Part shown: positions 39,867-54,198 of the stretch, piece by piece
How positions within the stretch are numbered: position 1 is the first letter of the stretch
Layout of the letters: every line of letters starts with the position of its first letter
DNA from: Octopus vulgaris
Taxonomy: Eukaryota
Direction: 5' to 3'
Length of the DNA stretch: 64,000 bases
Assembly (NCBI GenBank): GCA_951406725.2
Contig: OX597818.1
Location: 88,474,001-88,538,000 of the forward strand
Position numbers and translations under genes: made by a program
Notes under the pieces: model-generated
Seen by the model: only the letters and a program-made list of their open reading frames with translations
The model's database searches: none
What the model was told of the DNA's origin: nothing

Positions 39867-40682
39867 CAGAGTGAGAGAGAAATTTAATCATGTATGCGTG
39901 CATGTATGCATTCATAAATACATATGTATACACATGTATACCTATCTGTCTACATGCATACATAGAGGTATGCATACATAATACATACATGTATACATAA
40001 ATACATCCATTCATTTATCCATACATACATGCATACATACATACAAACATACATACATACATGTAACTATATCCATGAGAATACATACATAATATATATA
40101 AATAATATATAAATATAAGCATATATACATACATATATGTACATACCTACATCTATATGTATATATACATGCATATATAAAAAAAACAGGATATCAAAAA
40201 AACGTTGAACACAATGAGAAACGAAAACATAAAAACAAAAACATGGAAATGAACTTTTTTTTCAAACAACGGAGAAAACAGAGTACAAGACATACAACAC
40301 AAGGAATATTCCCCTTCTTTAGTTGCCCCTGTTTCGTCTACTCCGCGTTTACATACATACATACATACAAATCTACGTTTATGCCAATAATAATTGGAGC
40401 ACTTAATTTTGTAAGTAAATGCCCAAAAGTCAGTCTGGTACAAGCTTGGATTTTCAGAAAATGAAAATTATCCAACTGATTCTTGCATTACAAATAGAAT
40501 CTGTAAGCGGAACAGTAAAACTATGAGAAATGCAAGACATTTCTCATGTTTAAAATATATTGTTTTCGTTACGTACTTTCCAACGATGGAGATTTGTATC
40601 TTTGTTAGAAACCAGCTCCTTCTTCAGAGAAAGATTTCATGAAATTAATAAAAAACAGAACATAGATACATAGATACATACG

Positions 40683-40745
<63 letters not shown>

Positions 40746-41194
40746 ATACAGACACATTCATGCATACATAGAAAAATTCATTCATACATACATACATAAG
40801 CAGAAGTATATATTTTCGCACAAGTTCGTAAATGTGTTGGTGTGTCTTGGGAGGGTCGGTACGCCAATAATAAACACATATGCTGCTTCAATTTCACTTC
40901 ATTTTTTAAAAGCTCATCTGAAACAGAGAAGGTACATTGATGAAATCGCGAATGCTTTCGCAAACGACTGATTGATTGATTAACCGATTAATTAAGCAAG
41001 CTATCAAGTAGCTAGTTTGCCTAAAAACTAACCATGGCAAAATACATAATGATCCTTCTAAGATACAACAAAATTTTTTTTCAATAGACAACTACACATT
41101 AAGAAACATACAAGCGAAATATAAGACGAAGTTAATGTCTTGATTACAAATTTCTATCACAGAACAAGCATCTTCAACTTAGCCCAGAATATAT

Positions 41195-41240
41195 TTGTCA
41201 CTGAGGAGGTCGATTCAGATCGAAACCCCATGTCTGGCAA
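41195..41240 (+). ncRNA. Type I hammerhead ribozyme with canonical core
   Basis: ttgtca-CTGAGGA-ggtc-gattca-gatc-GAAAC-cccat-GTC|tggcaa. All core bases are intact; cleavage predicted after 41234. Confidence 0.7.
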
Positions 41241-41371
41241 TCTAACGGGCGTTCTTAACGGAGTCCTGCAATTTTAACACAAAATTCTCTTTGAGAAGTT
41301 TCTCTGAGACAAAATATGGCAGTTAGTGCCGTTTCTCGTTTTGTAAATACATTATGAATGTTATGCACAGC

Positions 41372-41489
<118 letters not shown>

Positions 41490-41601
41490 TATATACACGC
41501 AGACATGACAGAAGTAAAAAGACACGCTTATAATTATTAAAGTTTCTTTAAATCTGAAATTATACATTCAAATTATTTATTAATAGTTAAAATGTAAATA
41601 G

Positions 41602-42440
41602 TTAATACTTAGTAGACAAGCCCTTTGCGTTTTTCAATGCAAGGACTTTATTAAGCACGTTACTGATCAGATGACAAATATTCTCTTGCGGAATATCTTG
41701 CCAAGTTTCAGGCAGTAATCTCAAAAGATCTGGCTTTGAAGATGCTTTCTTGTTCTTTTTATGAAGTGTCCTGTCCATTATGACTCAGATGTGCTCAATA
41801 GGTTTCATCTCTGGTGACGGGCTTGGACATGGAAACTTTATAATGCCATTCTCATCCAACAAATCTTGGGTCATTTTAGTCGTGTGACATGGAGCCTCAT
41901 CTTCCATAAATAGTCTTGTTTAATCATTTCACGACTGGAGAAGATTGGAAGGAGTCCTTTCTATATGAGCACATATTTATCTGAGTTTATATTTCCCTCA
42001 CATTCCACCAGCTCTGATCAACCATTGCTCCAAATTGCTCCCCAGACCATCACAGAATAGTTACCGTGTTTCATTGTTGGCTGCAATCTTTTCACATCGA
42101 ATACTTGATTACAGAGTTTCCAGATCGACGTTCGACCACTGTCAGGAAATACAACAAATCTTGACTCATCGAGAATATGACAGTGTTCCAAAATGCTAGT
42201 GGCCTCTCCACCATTTTATTGGCCCAATCTTTTCTCCGCTTGATGTTCGCTGGTCGAAGAAGTGGCTTCCTTCTTGCAGCTCTGCGATAGTAGCCAAGTT
42301 GGTGGAAGTACCTGACAGCTGTTCTGGGACTGACATCAACTTGTTCTGCTATGTCAGAGGCCTTGCACCAAGGATTATCCTCCACACTTCTCTTAGCAAA
42401 GAGAAGGGTCCTGTCAGAGGCTCCTGGATGATCTGAGCAA
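41602..42440 (-). pseudogene. Tc1 (DD34E) transposase remnant
   Basis: ARRKPLL...WNTVIFS; FMEDEAPCH...SPEMKPIEHI with 34 residues between D and E; ends KGLSTKY*. Frameshifts and stops are present. Confidence 0.9.
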
Positions 42441-42480
42441 GATGATGTGGACTCCTTCCTCTTTCTGTAAATATATATAT

Positions 42481-42853
<373 letters not shown>

Positions 42854-43747
42854 GGGATGCCCAGAGATGTATATGTATGTGTATATATAAGTATGTGATT
42901 GTATATGCATGAATGTATCTGTGTTTGTACATTGCCATGTATACATGAATGTATATGAGGAGGTTATGTGTGTCTCTGGACCATCGACTACTGACGGTCA
43001 GATAATAAAATTTCATATGTGCAGCTTAACATGAGGAACAAAATGAATATCCAATACATCCAATATCACTCGTAGCAGGTACGCAGAAACACGTTAACAG
43101 CAAGCGGAATGAAACTGCCACCGTCTACTAAATTCAAACAAGGCAAATGGATGTGTTAGCGTCGAAGTCGAAGGCTTTTAACTAACGGTGACGACAATTG
43201 AATATCACCTCAAGAAATAAAGCCGTTGCATAATCAGATACGTGTTTAACCTAGGGGTGGTTCTTCGTTTATTTCTTTTTAAGATTAAGATTATTCGTGA
43301 GTAACTCGTAGGTTTGTTTCCTAACCAATACTCAAGAAATTATGTAAACCTGACACGCAAGGTCTTATTCAACATGATTTTTAATAAATCCAAATTCAGT
43401 CGTATAAACAGTATTATAAATAAGACAGGAATGCTCTCTCTCTTAGTTTACTTGGAATTACAAGAAAGCACATGATAAAAGTTTTTTTCTAATTCGTTTT
43501 CTTCTAAGAGCTTACTTGTCGAGAAGACAAGTATTGATCTAATTATCCAAACTACTCTAGAAAGAATTTAGGTAAATAACTTAAGGTCATGATGGAAAAA
43601 ATAGATAATGCAAAAATAGATAAAGAACGTGACAATAATTCAACACAATACAAGACATGCGGAATTGTGAGTGACAAAGCCTCCTGCAGCAGAAATCCTG
43701 GCTTTTATAAGTTACTTAATAAATTTCTACAAGCGTTCAGAAATTAA

Positions 43748-44576
43748 CTCCTTAATGGATTATCCCGAGTTTACTCGTGCATCGCAAATGTATCTTTTTA
43801 GAATCAGATGAGTATACTAGGTCAAAGTTAACTTTTAATTTTAGCACTCAAACGAGTTTAATTTTGTGTCATTTCATTTTTTAGCAATCACGAATTTACT
43901 CGCGTTGTCGTACGCCTGGCAGCACATATACTGGCACCATTTCAAAGAATTTATGCTTCTGAGTTTTGAACTTTTACTTCAGTGCATACTCAGATTCAGG
44001 AGGTGGTTGATGTCATTTTAGAACCGTCTCGTTTTGAGTCTCTATTATTTATACAAATAAGAGAATTATTTACGCATTTTTTTTCTTCTCAAAATGGATG
44101 AAGATTTAGATATATTCAGCCATCATGAAAGCGATTTTTCATTTCACGATCTGGAATTATACACGTGTGCAAAATGCGCAGAGAAGAGAGACGCTAAAGG
44201 AAAGAAGATTCGAAGAGAAAGCAGATACATGTGTGATGTCTGCAAGATAACTTTGCGTGTAACTCCTTGTTTTAAAAATTATCATTCTAAATAAACTATC
44301 TCATTTAAAAAGAAAATTTCCTTTGATTTAAAAGTAATACATCTTATAAAAAATCGAAGATAGTTAAGTTATATGTATTTTTTCAATGCCCGAGTTAACT
44401 CGTTTAAATCCAAATGAGTAAAAGTACATTTTAATTTCTATAATAAAAAGTAAAGGAAACAAGATAAAAAAAACTTTTTTTGTAATTAACACAGTGTATA
44501 TAAATAAAAAAGAAGGAAATTAAAAAATATGTTTTGAAATGAAACGCCATGTCAAAATAATTGATGCATTAAGGGG
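43748..44576 (+). mobile_element. Internally deleted piggyBac element
   Basis: TTAA|CTCCTTAATGGAT ... ATGCATTAAGGGG|CTAA; repeated subterminal CGAGTTWACTCG palindromes; encodes a piggyBac-type Cys-rich domain. Confidence 0.8.
44094..44294 (+). CDS. 66-aa mini-ORF: acidic transposase N-terminus fused to a piggyBac C-terminal cysteine-rich domain
   Basis: MDEDLDIFSHHESDFS...CAKC...RRESRYMCDVCKITLRVTPCFKNYH. One expected Cys reads as R; expression unknown. Confidence 0.45.
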   Translation: MDEDLDIFSHHESDFSFHDLELYTCAKCAEKRDAKGKKIRRESRYMCDVCKITLRVTPCFKNYHSK

Positions 44577-45076
44577 CTAAATTTCAGAAATATTTTTGGT
44601 CGAAAACTCGGACGGCTTCGGCTAATAACTTATTAAGCCAATGAAAAGAATTTTTTCAAATTGACATTGTTTAAACTTGTATTATAGCACCAAAAGAAAA
44701 ATTTCGCGGAACAACTTCAGTTGATTTCAAAGCATATCCGTGACAAAGCTTTTTACTACACCTGTGTATATGAAGAATTATATTGTATTGAAACATGTGT
44801 AGGGATTAAAAAATAGCTGTCCAGCCGTGCTACTTCTTGCTGGCTCTATCTTCTTCCAAGGAATCTAACGCTCTTAGCTTAGTTTTTGCTTGGGGCTGGC
44901 CAGATTGGAGCAATCTCAGCCGAAATTGTGAGGATGATCCGGTTGTTGACTGAGGATAGAAAGCTTCGAATGAACCGTCCTTGTTGTTTTGTATCGTCTA
45001 ACTGGATGTTTTGTTGTCCTTTTTCATCACCTAGTTGTTCGGATGTTTTGCGTTCTAGTCCCATTTTGTATTACAC

Positions 45077-45163
<87 letters not shown>

Positions 45164-45796
45164 CACGTGCGTGTGTACATGTGTGTATTGATGCAGATAA
45201 ATACGATTAAGCTTGACATATATATATAAATATGCATATATACATATAATGTATTCATTGCACATAACATAATCATGTTTATCTGTGTCACAATCTCCAT
45301 ATAAGCTCACCGAATTTCTCTTATAGTCCCTTTTTACCCCTTGGACCTAGTCCTCGGTAAAGATTTCGGAGTTTAGTTCAAATCATTTGAGCACTACTAT
45401 GTTTTTTTCTATAATGAGCATCTCTAGCTCTCACATTTAAACTGTGTATGTATGTATGTATGTATGTGTGTATGTATGTACGTACGTTTGTACGTACGTA
45501 TGTATGCATGTACGTACGTACATACGTATAAATGTATGTTTGCATGTATGTCATTATTCAATTTTATTTTGAGGTTTCTTGCCAATATGGAATGAACCGG
45601 TTTCTAACATAGATTCAAGGCTTCTTCATTGGAATTTCAGCATCAACATGGTAGTTTTGCATGTTTGTGTGTATGTGCATGTGTGCAGTATTAGGAGTCA
45701 GTGCATCTGCAGATTTCTATGTTTCGTTTTATGTATGTATTCTTATGCATATAGTTGCATGTCTAGACATCCGCAGATATACTTAAATGGTAAACT

Positions 45797-46045
45797 TACT
45801 CTTTTACTCTCTTTTACTCTCTTTTACTCATTTACTTGTTTCAGTCATTTGACTGCGGCCATGCTGGAGCACCGCCTTTAATCGAACAAATCGACCCCGG
45901 GATTTATTCTTTTTGTAAGCCCAGTACTTATTCTATCGGTCTCTTTTGCCGAACCGCTAAGTGACGGCGACGTAAACACACTAGCATCGGTTGTCAAGCA
46001 ATGCTAAGGGGACAAACACAGACACACAAACACACAAACACACAC

Positions 46046-46083
<38 letters not shown>

Positions 46084-46247
46084 ACGACGGGCTTCTTTCA
46101 GTTTCCGTCTACCAAATCCACTCACAAGGCATTGGTCGGCCCGAGGCTATAGTAGAAGACACTTGCCCAAGGTGCCACGCGGTGGGAGTGAACCCGGAAC
46201 CATGTGGTTGGAAAACAAGCTACTTACCACACAGCCACTCCTGCGCC
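45797..46247 (-). mobile_element. Full-length SINE family A
   Basis: Reverse complement of 23907-24367, including the (TCTTTTAC)n tail. Confidence 0.9.
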
Positions 46248-47225
46248 TATGGATATTTTTATAGATTTTTTTAGTTCCAGTGATGGCTTGAATCTGTAAT
46301 CTTTAAATCAGCTTTCTAAATTCGGGAAGCCTAATTTTTCAAGATTGGTGATTAGGCAGTTTGTTACATATCCCAGTGCCCCAATTATTACAGATAAAAA
46401 TTCGAATCTGTAATCCGGGTAGAATAACTTTAAATCGCTCAATAGCTCAGCGTAGGTTACGCACTGGGATCGATGGAATCGACTTAATCGCTTTGTCTGT
46501 CCTTGTTTGTCCCCTCTATGTTTAGCCCCTTGTGGGCAATAAAGAAATAAGAAACGTTTGCAGGTGGGGCAAAATGTTTAGCACTATTTCGTCTGTCTTT
46601 ATGTTCTGAGTTCAAATTCCGCTGGGGTCGACTTTGCCTTTTTTCGAGGTCGATAAATTAAGTACCAGTTGCGTACTGGGGTCGATCTAATCAACTAGCC
46701 CCACACCAAAATTCCAGTCCTTATGCCTAGAGTAGAAAAAGAATAGTTTAAAGGCAAAGGAAAATGCTCAGCAGTATTTCGTCCGATTTTACGTTCTGAA
46801 TTCAAATTCTGCAGGGGTGACTGTCGTCCATTCAGGGTCGATAAAATAAGTACCACTCACGTACTGGGATCGAGGCAATTGACTTATCCTCTTCACCAAA
46901 ATTGCTGGTCCTGTGCCAAATATCTGAATTCAATAAATAAGTATCCTTCATTCAGAGAGAGAGAGAGCGAGAGATTTCAAACTAAAATCAACACGTTGAA
47001 ATGCAATAAGTGGCTGGATTTTATTTTCAGGTGTCATTTCTTATTACTTACATTGATATATTATTGCATATTCTACCTGTACAATACATACATACATACA
47101 TACATACATACACACACACTCACATACACACATACACATACACACACACACATATATATATATCTTCACGGATTTCATATATAATTACATACATTAGCTG
47201 TACTGGTGTATCATTATATAATTAT

Positions 47226-47261
<36 letters not shown>

Positions 47262-47539
47262 GATCTGTATTGATGTGTTACTGCTGTAACTCATTTGTTT
47301 TCCCCTTTTATTGAACTCCTCTTCTAATCGTTTCCGGGAAAATAAAATATATAGAAATGCGCTCTAACTGCGAAATACTTACCCATATAATTAGTATAAA
47401 TATATATGTATATGTATATGTGCGCATATATACATATATATCTGTGTGTGTGTGCGTGTGTGAGTGTGTGTCTGTCTATGTACATATATATGTATATGGT
47501 ATATATATGTACATATATATATATATATATATATATCTG

Positions 47540-47632
<93 letters not shown>

Positions 47633-47651
47633 GTACATACATATTTATATG

Positions 47652-47682
<31 letters not shown>

Positions 47683-47719
47683 AAATACGTATATAGATAT
47701 ATGCATATATACATATATA

Positions 47720-47773
<54 letters not shown>

Positions 47774-47801
47774 CATATATGTGTGTATATATGTATCTCT
47801 C

Positions 47802-47877
<76 letters not shown>

Positions 47878-47994
47878 TGTGTACGTACGTGTGCATTCGT
47901 AAGTGAGTGAATGAATGTTAGTGCATTTTTGCGGGGTTTGTACTAAAAATGACAGTTTTCTAGTTTCGACAATTTGTTTTCATTGAATCAGGAC

Positions 47995-48079
<85 letters not shown>

Positions 48080-48187
48080 CACGAACAAACATATATTTGT
48101 GCGTATTTATATATATATATATATATATTATTACAGATAATGAGTGTATTTGAGTGTATATGTGTATGTCTGTCTCTGTATGATACA

Positions 48188-48265
<78 letters not shown>

Positions 48266-48271
48266 TTATGT

Positions 48272-48309
<38 letters not shown>

Positions 48310-50211
48310 CACATATATACAAATATAGATATTTATACTATATGTATAGAAAGAGGGAGGTAATTGCATACCTGTGATAGATAGATAGATAGATTTAGCT
48401 GTCGCTTTTGATAAAAGATGCACCTAAAACTAAGTGCAACTGTTAATATCACCAAGTGTTAGCTGCATCGAATTTTCGCATATTGCAGTTTATGTATACC
48501 GATAGCTTCACTATGAATTAACATATTAATGTTTTGCTTGTTTGTTTGATTTCTAACATAATCTACGCGCGCACTCGCACACACATACATATACACCCAC
48601 ACTTTTTTATATATACTTATTTACCGATGACTTCCTTAATTTAAATATGTCATATGTTTTGTGTATATAATTAGTTACAATGTTCAGCTTAAGTCCAATT
48701 ATGTTAGTTCAATGTATAATATGACCGGTAAATTTCTGAACATCGTAGTATGTCAAACTACACATAACACCCCTGAAACGCTTGAGTTGTCCGTAAAGTT
48801 AGTGCCTATTTATAGTAGCTTACCTTTCGACCTACCCTCCCAGGCACCTCAATTCTGGGAAGAGGGTATTTTCAAGTTAAAGGAAAGACTGTGCAACCAA
48901 ATGGTTCATATTTGGTTGATTAAAAATGTAATGGCAAGTATTTATTGGCCTTTTCTTTACTTTAAAAATCGGCACGAACTTTCCGACAACCCGATACCTC
49001 TATATTATCACACAGCGCACTAAACTTTAACACTGCCCAACAACATTTCTGTTTGTTTATAATTTTTTTCTTGTCTTTGGTCAGTAAGTGTTATTTCCTA
49101 TTTGCTTCCATTTAGAAATCAAAGGAAATGACTACTATTCCTTTCAAACTTCGCTTTTCTAACCTGAACGTCAATGTTTAGAAACTGATCTATCTTCCAT
49201 TACATTTCAGACAGATTCAGCAATGAGTTGCTGAAGCAGAAATATCGTTATAGCAAATATTCTGCTCAATATCACAGATTTGCTTAGCAATTGTTTGACC
49301 ATAACCACTTGAGCATGTCCCTTGGTGGCTGACAATATGTGCGTCTCTGATTACGAGCAGGAGTAGCGGGGAAGCATCATAACCATGTGTTGACAGAAAT
49401 TCTTTTGGGGGGTTGACTAAATATCGTAACAAAAGCAAAGTTAGAATGAAATATTAGTCATCTTTCATACTTTTTAGGGGCAAGAAAGTAGGATATAACA
49501 GTTGTTACCCAAGTATAAAATTCGTTCTACACAGTGTAATATATCACATTCTACATCTGATTAGCACCAATGAGATACTTGATATCTTTGTCAATGTGGC
49601 AAGCAACATTGCTTCAACAGAAAAATATGTTACTTGGCAAAGCAATACACAGAGGTTCACAGTGTTTATTAATAGAAGACACGCCATAGCGTACATCGCA
49701 TAGCAGTGGGTCCATAGATCTGTATGGTTCCCAGGTAAGGTAGTAAACTAGAGCTTACTGTATTTATAGATAGCAAACCTCAGTATGTATCGAACAACAT
49801 AGGACCACATAGATTGTGAGGCTTCAGAGTAACAGCATAGTACGCTCATATATTTTTTTTTACTCTAGGCACAAGGTCCGAAATTTTGGGGAGAGGTCAG
49901 TCGATTAGGTCGACTCCAGTACGCAAATGGTACTTAATTTATCAACCCCTAAAGGATGAATGGCAAAGTCGACCTCAGCGGAATTTGAACTCAGAACATA
50001 AAGACAGACGAAAAGTACACTCATATATTAAAACAGCAATGCACATGAACGACCTGAACATCACGATTTAATGAGAAAACCTCTAATGAGTTCATATTCT
50101 TCAGTACACTGTTACACATCGGTACTTTGGTCTAACGAATAAAAGTGTCCAAAGTGTAATGATACAAATCATTAGCTCTTTAGGATTTCATGAAACGGGA
50201 GTGAATATGTT

Positions 50212-50284
50212 GGGGAATTAGCTCAAATGGTAGAGCGCTTGCTTAACATGCAAGAGGCATCGGGATCCATACCCGCATTCTCCA
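50212..50284 (+). tRNA. tRNA-Ala-derived gene or pseudogene with AAC (Val) anticodon
   Basis: Cloverleaf GGGGAAT/ATTCTCC-A with G3:U70, D stem GCTC/GAGC, anticodon stem CTTGC/GCAAG and loop TT-AAC-AT. T49:C65 mismatch; T-loop ATCCATA. Confidence 0.8.
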
Positions 50285-50301
50285 GTTAGTCAGGGTTTCT
50301 G

Positions 50302-50308
50302 TTTTTTT
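50302..50308 (+). terminator. Pol III oligo-T terminator
   Basis: T7 run 17 nt after the tRNA 3' end. Confidence 0.55.
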
Positions 50309-50719
50309 CTCCTGCTGGCGCAGGAATGTCAGCATTGTTGCTGGGTTTTAAATTTGTAGCCACGTGATCTTAGGTTCAGTTCCACTGTGTGGCATCTCAG
50401 ATTGCATCATCCTCTATAGAGTCTATATCTTCGAGAGGAATGATGGAAGAGAGAAACTGAAGAAAACCCATCAAATCTGTGTTTGTGTGTGTGTGTATGT
50501 GTGTGCGCGCGCGCTCATGGCATACAAAAGCAATGCGTACGTTTGTATGAGGAGAATTTTAATGGGGTATTGCCTCTAAAGTCCTTGTTATGCACAAACA
50601 TTTTAGTCAAGCAGATTGCATTTACTTCGATTCATGGCACAGTAAATAAAAGTGTCAAAAGTGGGAGGACACAAATCATCAGTTTTTTTAAGAATTTGTA
50701 ATAAACACGCAGACATGTT

Positions 50720-50743
50720 GGGGAATTAAGCTCAAATGGTAGA
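50720..50743 (+). pseudogene. Truncated second tRNA-Ala 5' fragment
   Basis: GGGGAATTAAGCTCAAATGGTAGA with a homologous 5' flank, followed by a minus-strand SINE-A piece (~50752-50904). Confidence 0.7.
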
Positions 50744-51054
50744 TGGAACATCTTCCAGTTTCCCTCTACCAAATCCACTCACAAGGCTTTGGTCGGCCCG
50801 GGGCTATAGAAGAAGACATTTGCCCAAGGTGCCACGCAGTGGGACTGAACCCGGAACCATGTGGTTTCTAAGCAAGCTTCTTACCACATAGCCACTCCTG
50901 CGCCTATTCTTCAAAATATTCTTTTTTAAATTTCTCTAAATTTATTGCAATAGACACAAACTGGCTTGTTTAGTTAAGATGTTTGCTTCGTAAATCGCAT
51001 GGTTCCGGACTCTACCAGCTCGCTGACTCAGCAATGACATTGATGAGAATGGTT

Positions 51055-51722
51055 TGAAATTTTGGCCAACAAGTTCGGGGAAGGGAGTATATCATTTAGA
51101 TCAACCCCAGGGTTGATTTGGTACTTATTTTATCGAGCCCGAAAGGATGAAAGACAAAGACGACCTCGCCTGAATTTGAACTCATGATATAAAGACAAAC
51201 GAAATACCGCCTAGTGCTTTACCTGGTGTGCTTACAATTCTGCCAGCTCGCCGCCTTTGCATTAATAATTATTGCTACTAAAGGTACAAGACCTTTATTT
51301 TTGTGGGAAGGGGAGAAGTCGTTTACATCGACTCCAGCGTTTCATTGGTATTTAATTTATCGACCCCGAAAGTGTGAAAGGCAAAGTTGATCCCGGCGGA
51401 ATTTGAACTCATAACGTAAAGATTGACGAAAGGCCGACGAAAGTATTTTTCTGTGCGTGCAAACGATCCTGCCAACTCGCCGCTTTAAGTAATAATAATA
51501 ATAATCCTTTCTACTATAGGCACAAGGCCTGAAATTTGACTGAGGGGAATAGTCAATTACATCGACCCCAGTACTTTACTGGTACACATTTTACCGGTCC
51601 CGAAAGGATGAAAGGCAAAGTCAAAACTCGGCGGATTTTGAACTCAGAAAGTAAAGACGGACGAAATACCGCTAAGCATTTCGCCCGCTATACTAACGAT
51701 TCTGCCAGCTCATCGGTTTCAC

Positions 51723-51766
<44 letters not shown>

Positions 51767-53063
51767 GAGGCGTAGGAGTCGCTGTGTGGTAAGTAGCTTG
51801 CTTACCAACCACATGGTTCCGGGTTCTGCGCGGCACCTTGGGCAAGTGTCTTCTACTATAGCCTCGGGCCGACCAAAGCGTTGTGACTGGATTTGGTAGA
51901 CGGAAACTGAAAGAAGCACGACGTATATATGTATATTTATATATGTACGTGTGTGTATATGTTTGTGTGTCTGTGTTTGTCCCCCCCCCCAATATCGCTT
52001 GACAACCGATGCTGGTGTGTTGACGTCCCCGTAACTTAGCGGTTTGGCAAAAGAGACGGATAGAATAAGTACTAGGCTTACAAAGAATAAGTCCTGGGAT
52101 CGATTTTCTCGACAAAAGGCGGTGGTCCAACATGGCCGCAGTCAAATGACTGAAACAAGTATAAGAGTAAAATAGTAAAATAATAATAATAATCTTTTCT
52201 ACTAAAGCCTCAATGTCCGAAATTTGTGGGAAGGAGTCTAGTCGATCACATCGACTCCAGTGCTTGACTGATACTTATTTTATCGATCCCGAAGGAACGT
52301 AAAGACGGACGAAATGCCGCTAAGCATTTTGTCCCGCATGCTAACGATTCTGTCAGCTTGCCGCCTTAAGTATCAATAATAATTATTATTTCAAATTTTT
52401 GCCACAAGGGCAGCTTTGGTGAGGTGGGGATGAGTCGATTACATCGTCCCCAGGGCATTCTTTCAATATAACTCGACAAAATCAAACCATTTCACTTCGG
52501 GGATTTCCGTGGGTTGTGGAGTATAGATATAACGAAATTATGCCGGCAGTGTCTCATTTTCAACTTGAAGAAAAAAGGCCTTGCATATTTGTTCTTACCT
52601 GTTTCATGTGTGTATGTAAAATCCGCAAATTTCCAAGCAGAAAACAGAATCGAACTGTCATTTGCTTCCATGGAAAAACCCGATGTGGAATGTTTTGATT
52701 TTGTCGAGTTATATCGAAGGAATGCCGTCCCCAGTGTTCAACTTGTACTTATTTTATCGACCTCTAAAGGTTGAAAAGCAAAGTCGACCTCGGTGGAATT
52801 TGAACTCAGAACGTAGCGTCGGGCGAAATACCTATTTCTTTACTACCCACAAGGGGCCAAACACAGAGAGGACAAACTAGGACAGACAAACGGATTAAGT
52901 CGATTATATCGACCCCAGTGTTTAACTTGTACTTATTTTATCGACCTCGACTGGATGAAAAGCAAAGTCGACCTCGGTGGAATTTGAACTCAGAACGTAG
53001 AGTCGGGCGAAATATTGCTAAGCATTTCGTCCAGCGCGCTAACGATTCTGCCAGCTCGCCGAC
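51055..53063. mobile_element. SINE cluster: several minus-strand SINE-B copies plus a plus-strand SINE-A (51769-52178)
   Basis: Repeated family cores as described above. Confidence 0.85.
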
Positions 53064-53883
53064 TTAAGTAACAAAAATAGTAACTTTTCTCATACTATCG
53101 CAAGGCCTGAAAGTGTAGTGAGTGTTGTGATAAGCGGGAGAGATGAAGGGGTTCAAGTCGATTACATCAGCTTCTGTACTTCACAGGTACGTTGAAGGAA
53201 AGGCAAATTTAGCCTCTGTTGGATTTGAACTCAGAACGTAAAGATCCGAGAAAAAAGAAATAAAAAAAAAAAGAAAAATTGCCGCTGAATATTTTGCCCG
53301 ACACACTATCTCCTTGTATGGAGTCATCCACTTTTGTGTTCTTTCTGCAAATCAAATACATAATATGACCTTATTTCCGTTTTTTTTTTTTTTTTTTTAG
53401 CTATTTACACGTACAAAGCTAATCGACATGACTTGAAAATTCACGTGAGCTGAAATACGTCAACTGACATTTTTAGTTTAAAAACTAAAAATCTATTTAC
53501 CAAAAATCCTGTTGTAGTTGTTGTTGCTGTTGATGTGTGTGTTAGTATATGCATATTATTTTTGCTGTTGTTGATGCTGTCTTTTTTTTTACGAAAGCTT
53601 CCTCCCCCTTCGCATCATTCTCTTCAATCGAATGTACAATAGATTATTAGGTATTTACTTGTTTACACGTTATTCATTTGTTTTCTTTTATTTGTATTTA
53701 TATATTCTTTTATTTGCTTGTATATTTTTTATTTATTTTGCGCTTTGAATTTTTAGCGAACAACGAGAAAAGGTCACAATTTTTCCATCAAAACACGATT
53801 TCTTCCTTACGTCAGTCATGATTCAAAACTGAAGAAAAATCAAAACGAAAACTGCGAACAAGGAAATTAATAATAATAATAAC

Positions 53884-53931
<48 letters not shown>

Positions 53932-54017
53932 TGATAATAATGATAATGATGATGCTGATGGTGATAATGATGTTGAGGATGTTGAGGATGATGATGATGA
54001 TGACGACGATGATGATG

Positions 54018-54062
<45 letters not shown>

Positions 54063-54070
<8 letters not shown>

Positions 54071-54198
54071 AATATAAGAGAGTGACCACCAGTGCTAACT
54101 TTCAACGGAAACAATTTCTTTTGTGGCTGAAACCTTGCGGATCTATTTTTAGTGCTAGAGTAGACCACATGGTGGTCACTCTCTTATATTTATGTATA
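54063..54198. repeat. Perfect 29-bp inverted repeat with a 78-bp spacer
   Basis: tatacataaatataagagagtgaccacca (54063-54091) / tggtggtcactctcttatatttatgtata (54170-54198). Confidence 0.9.
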
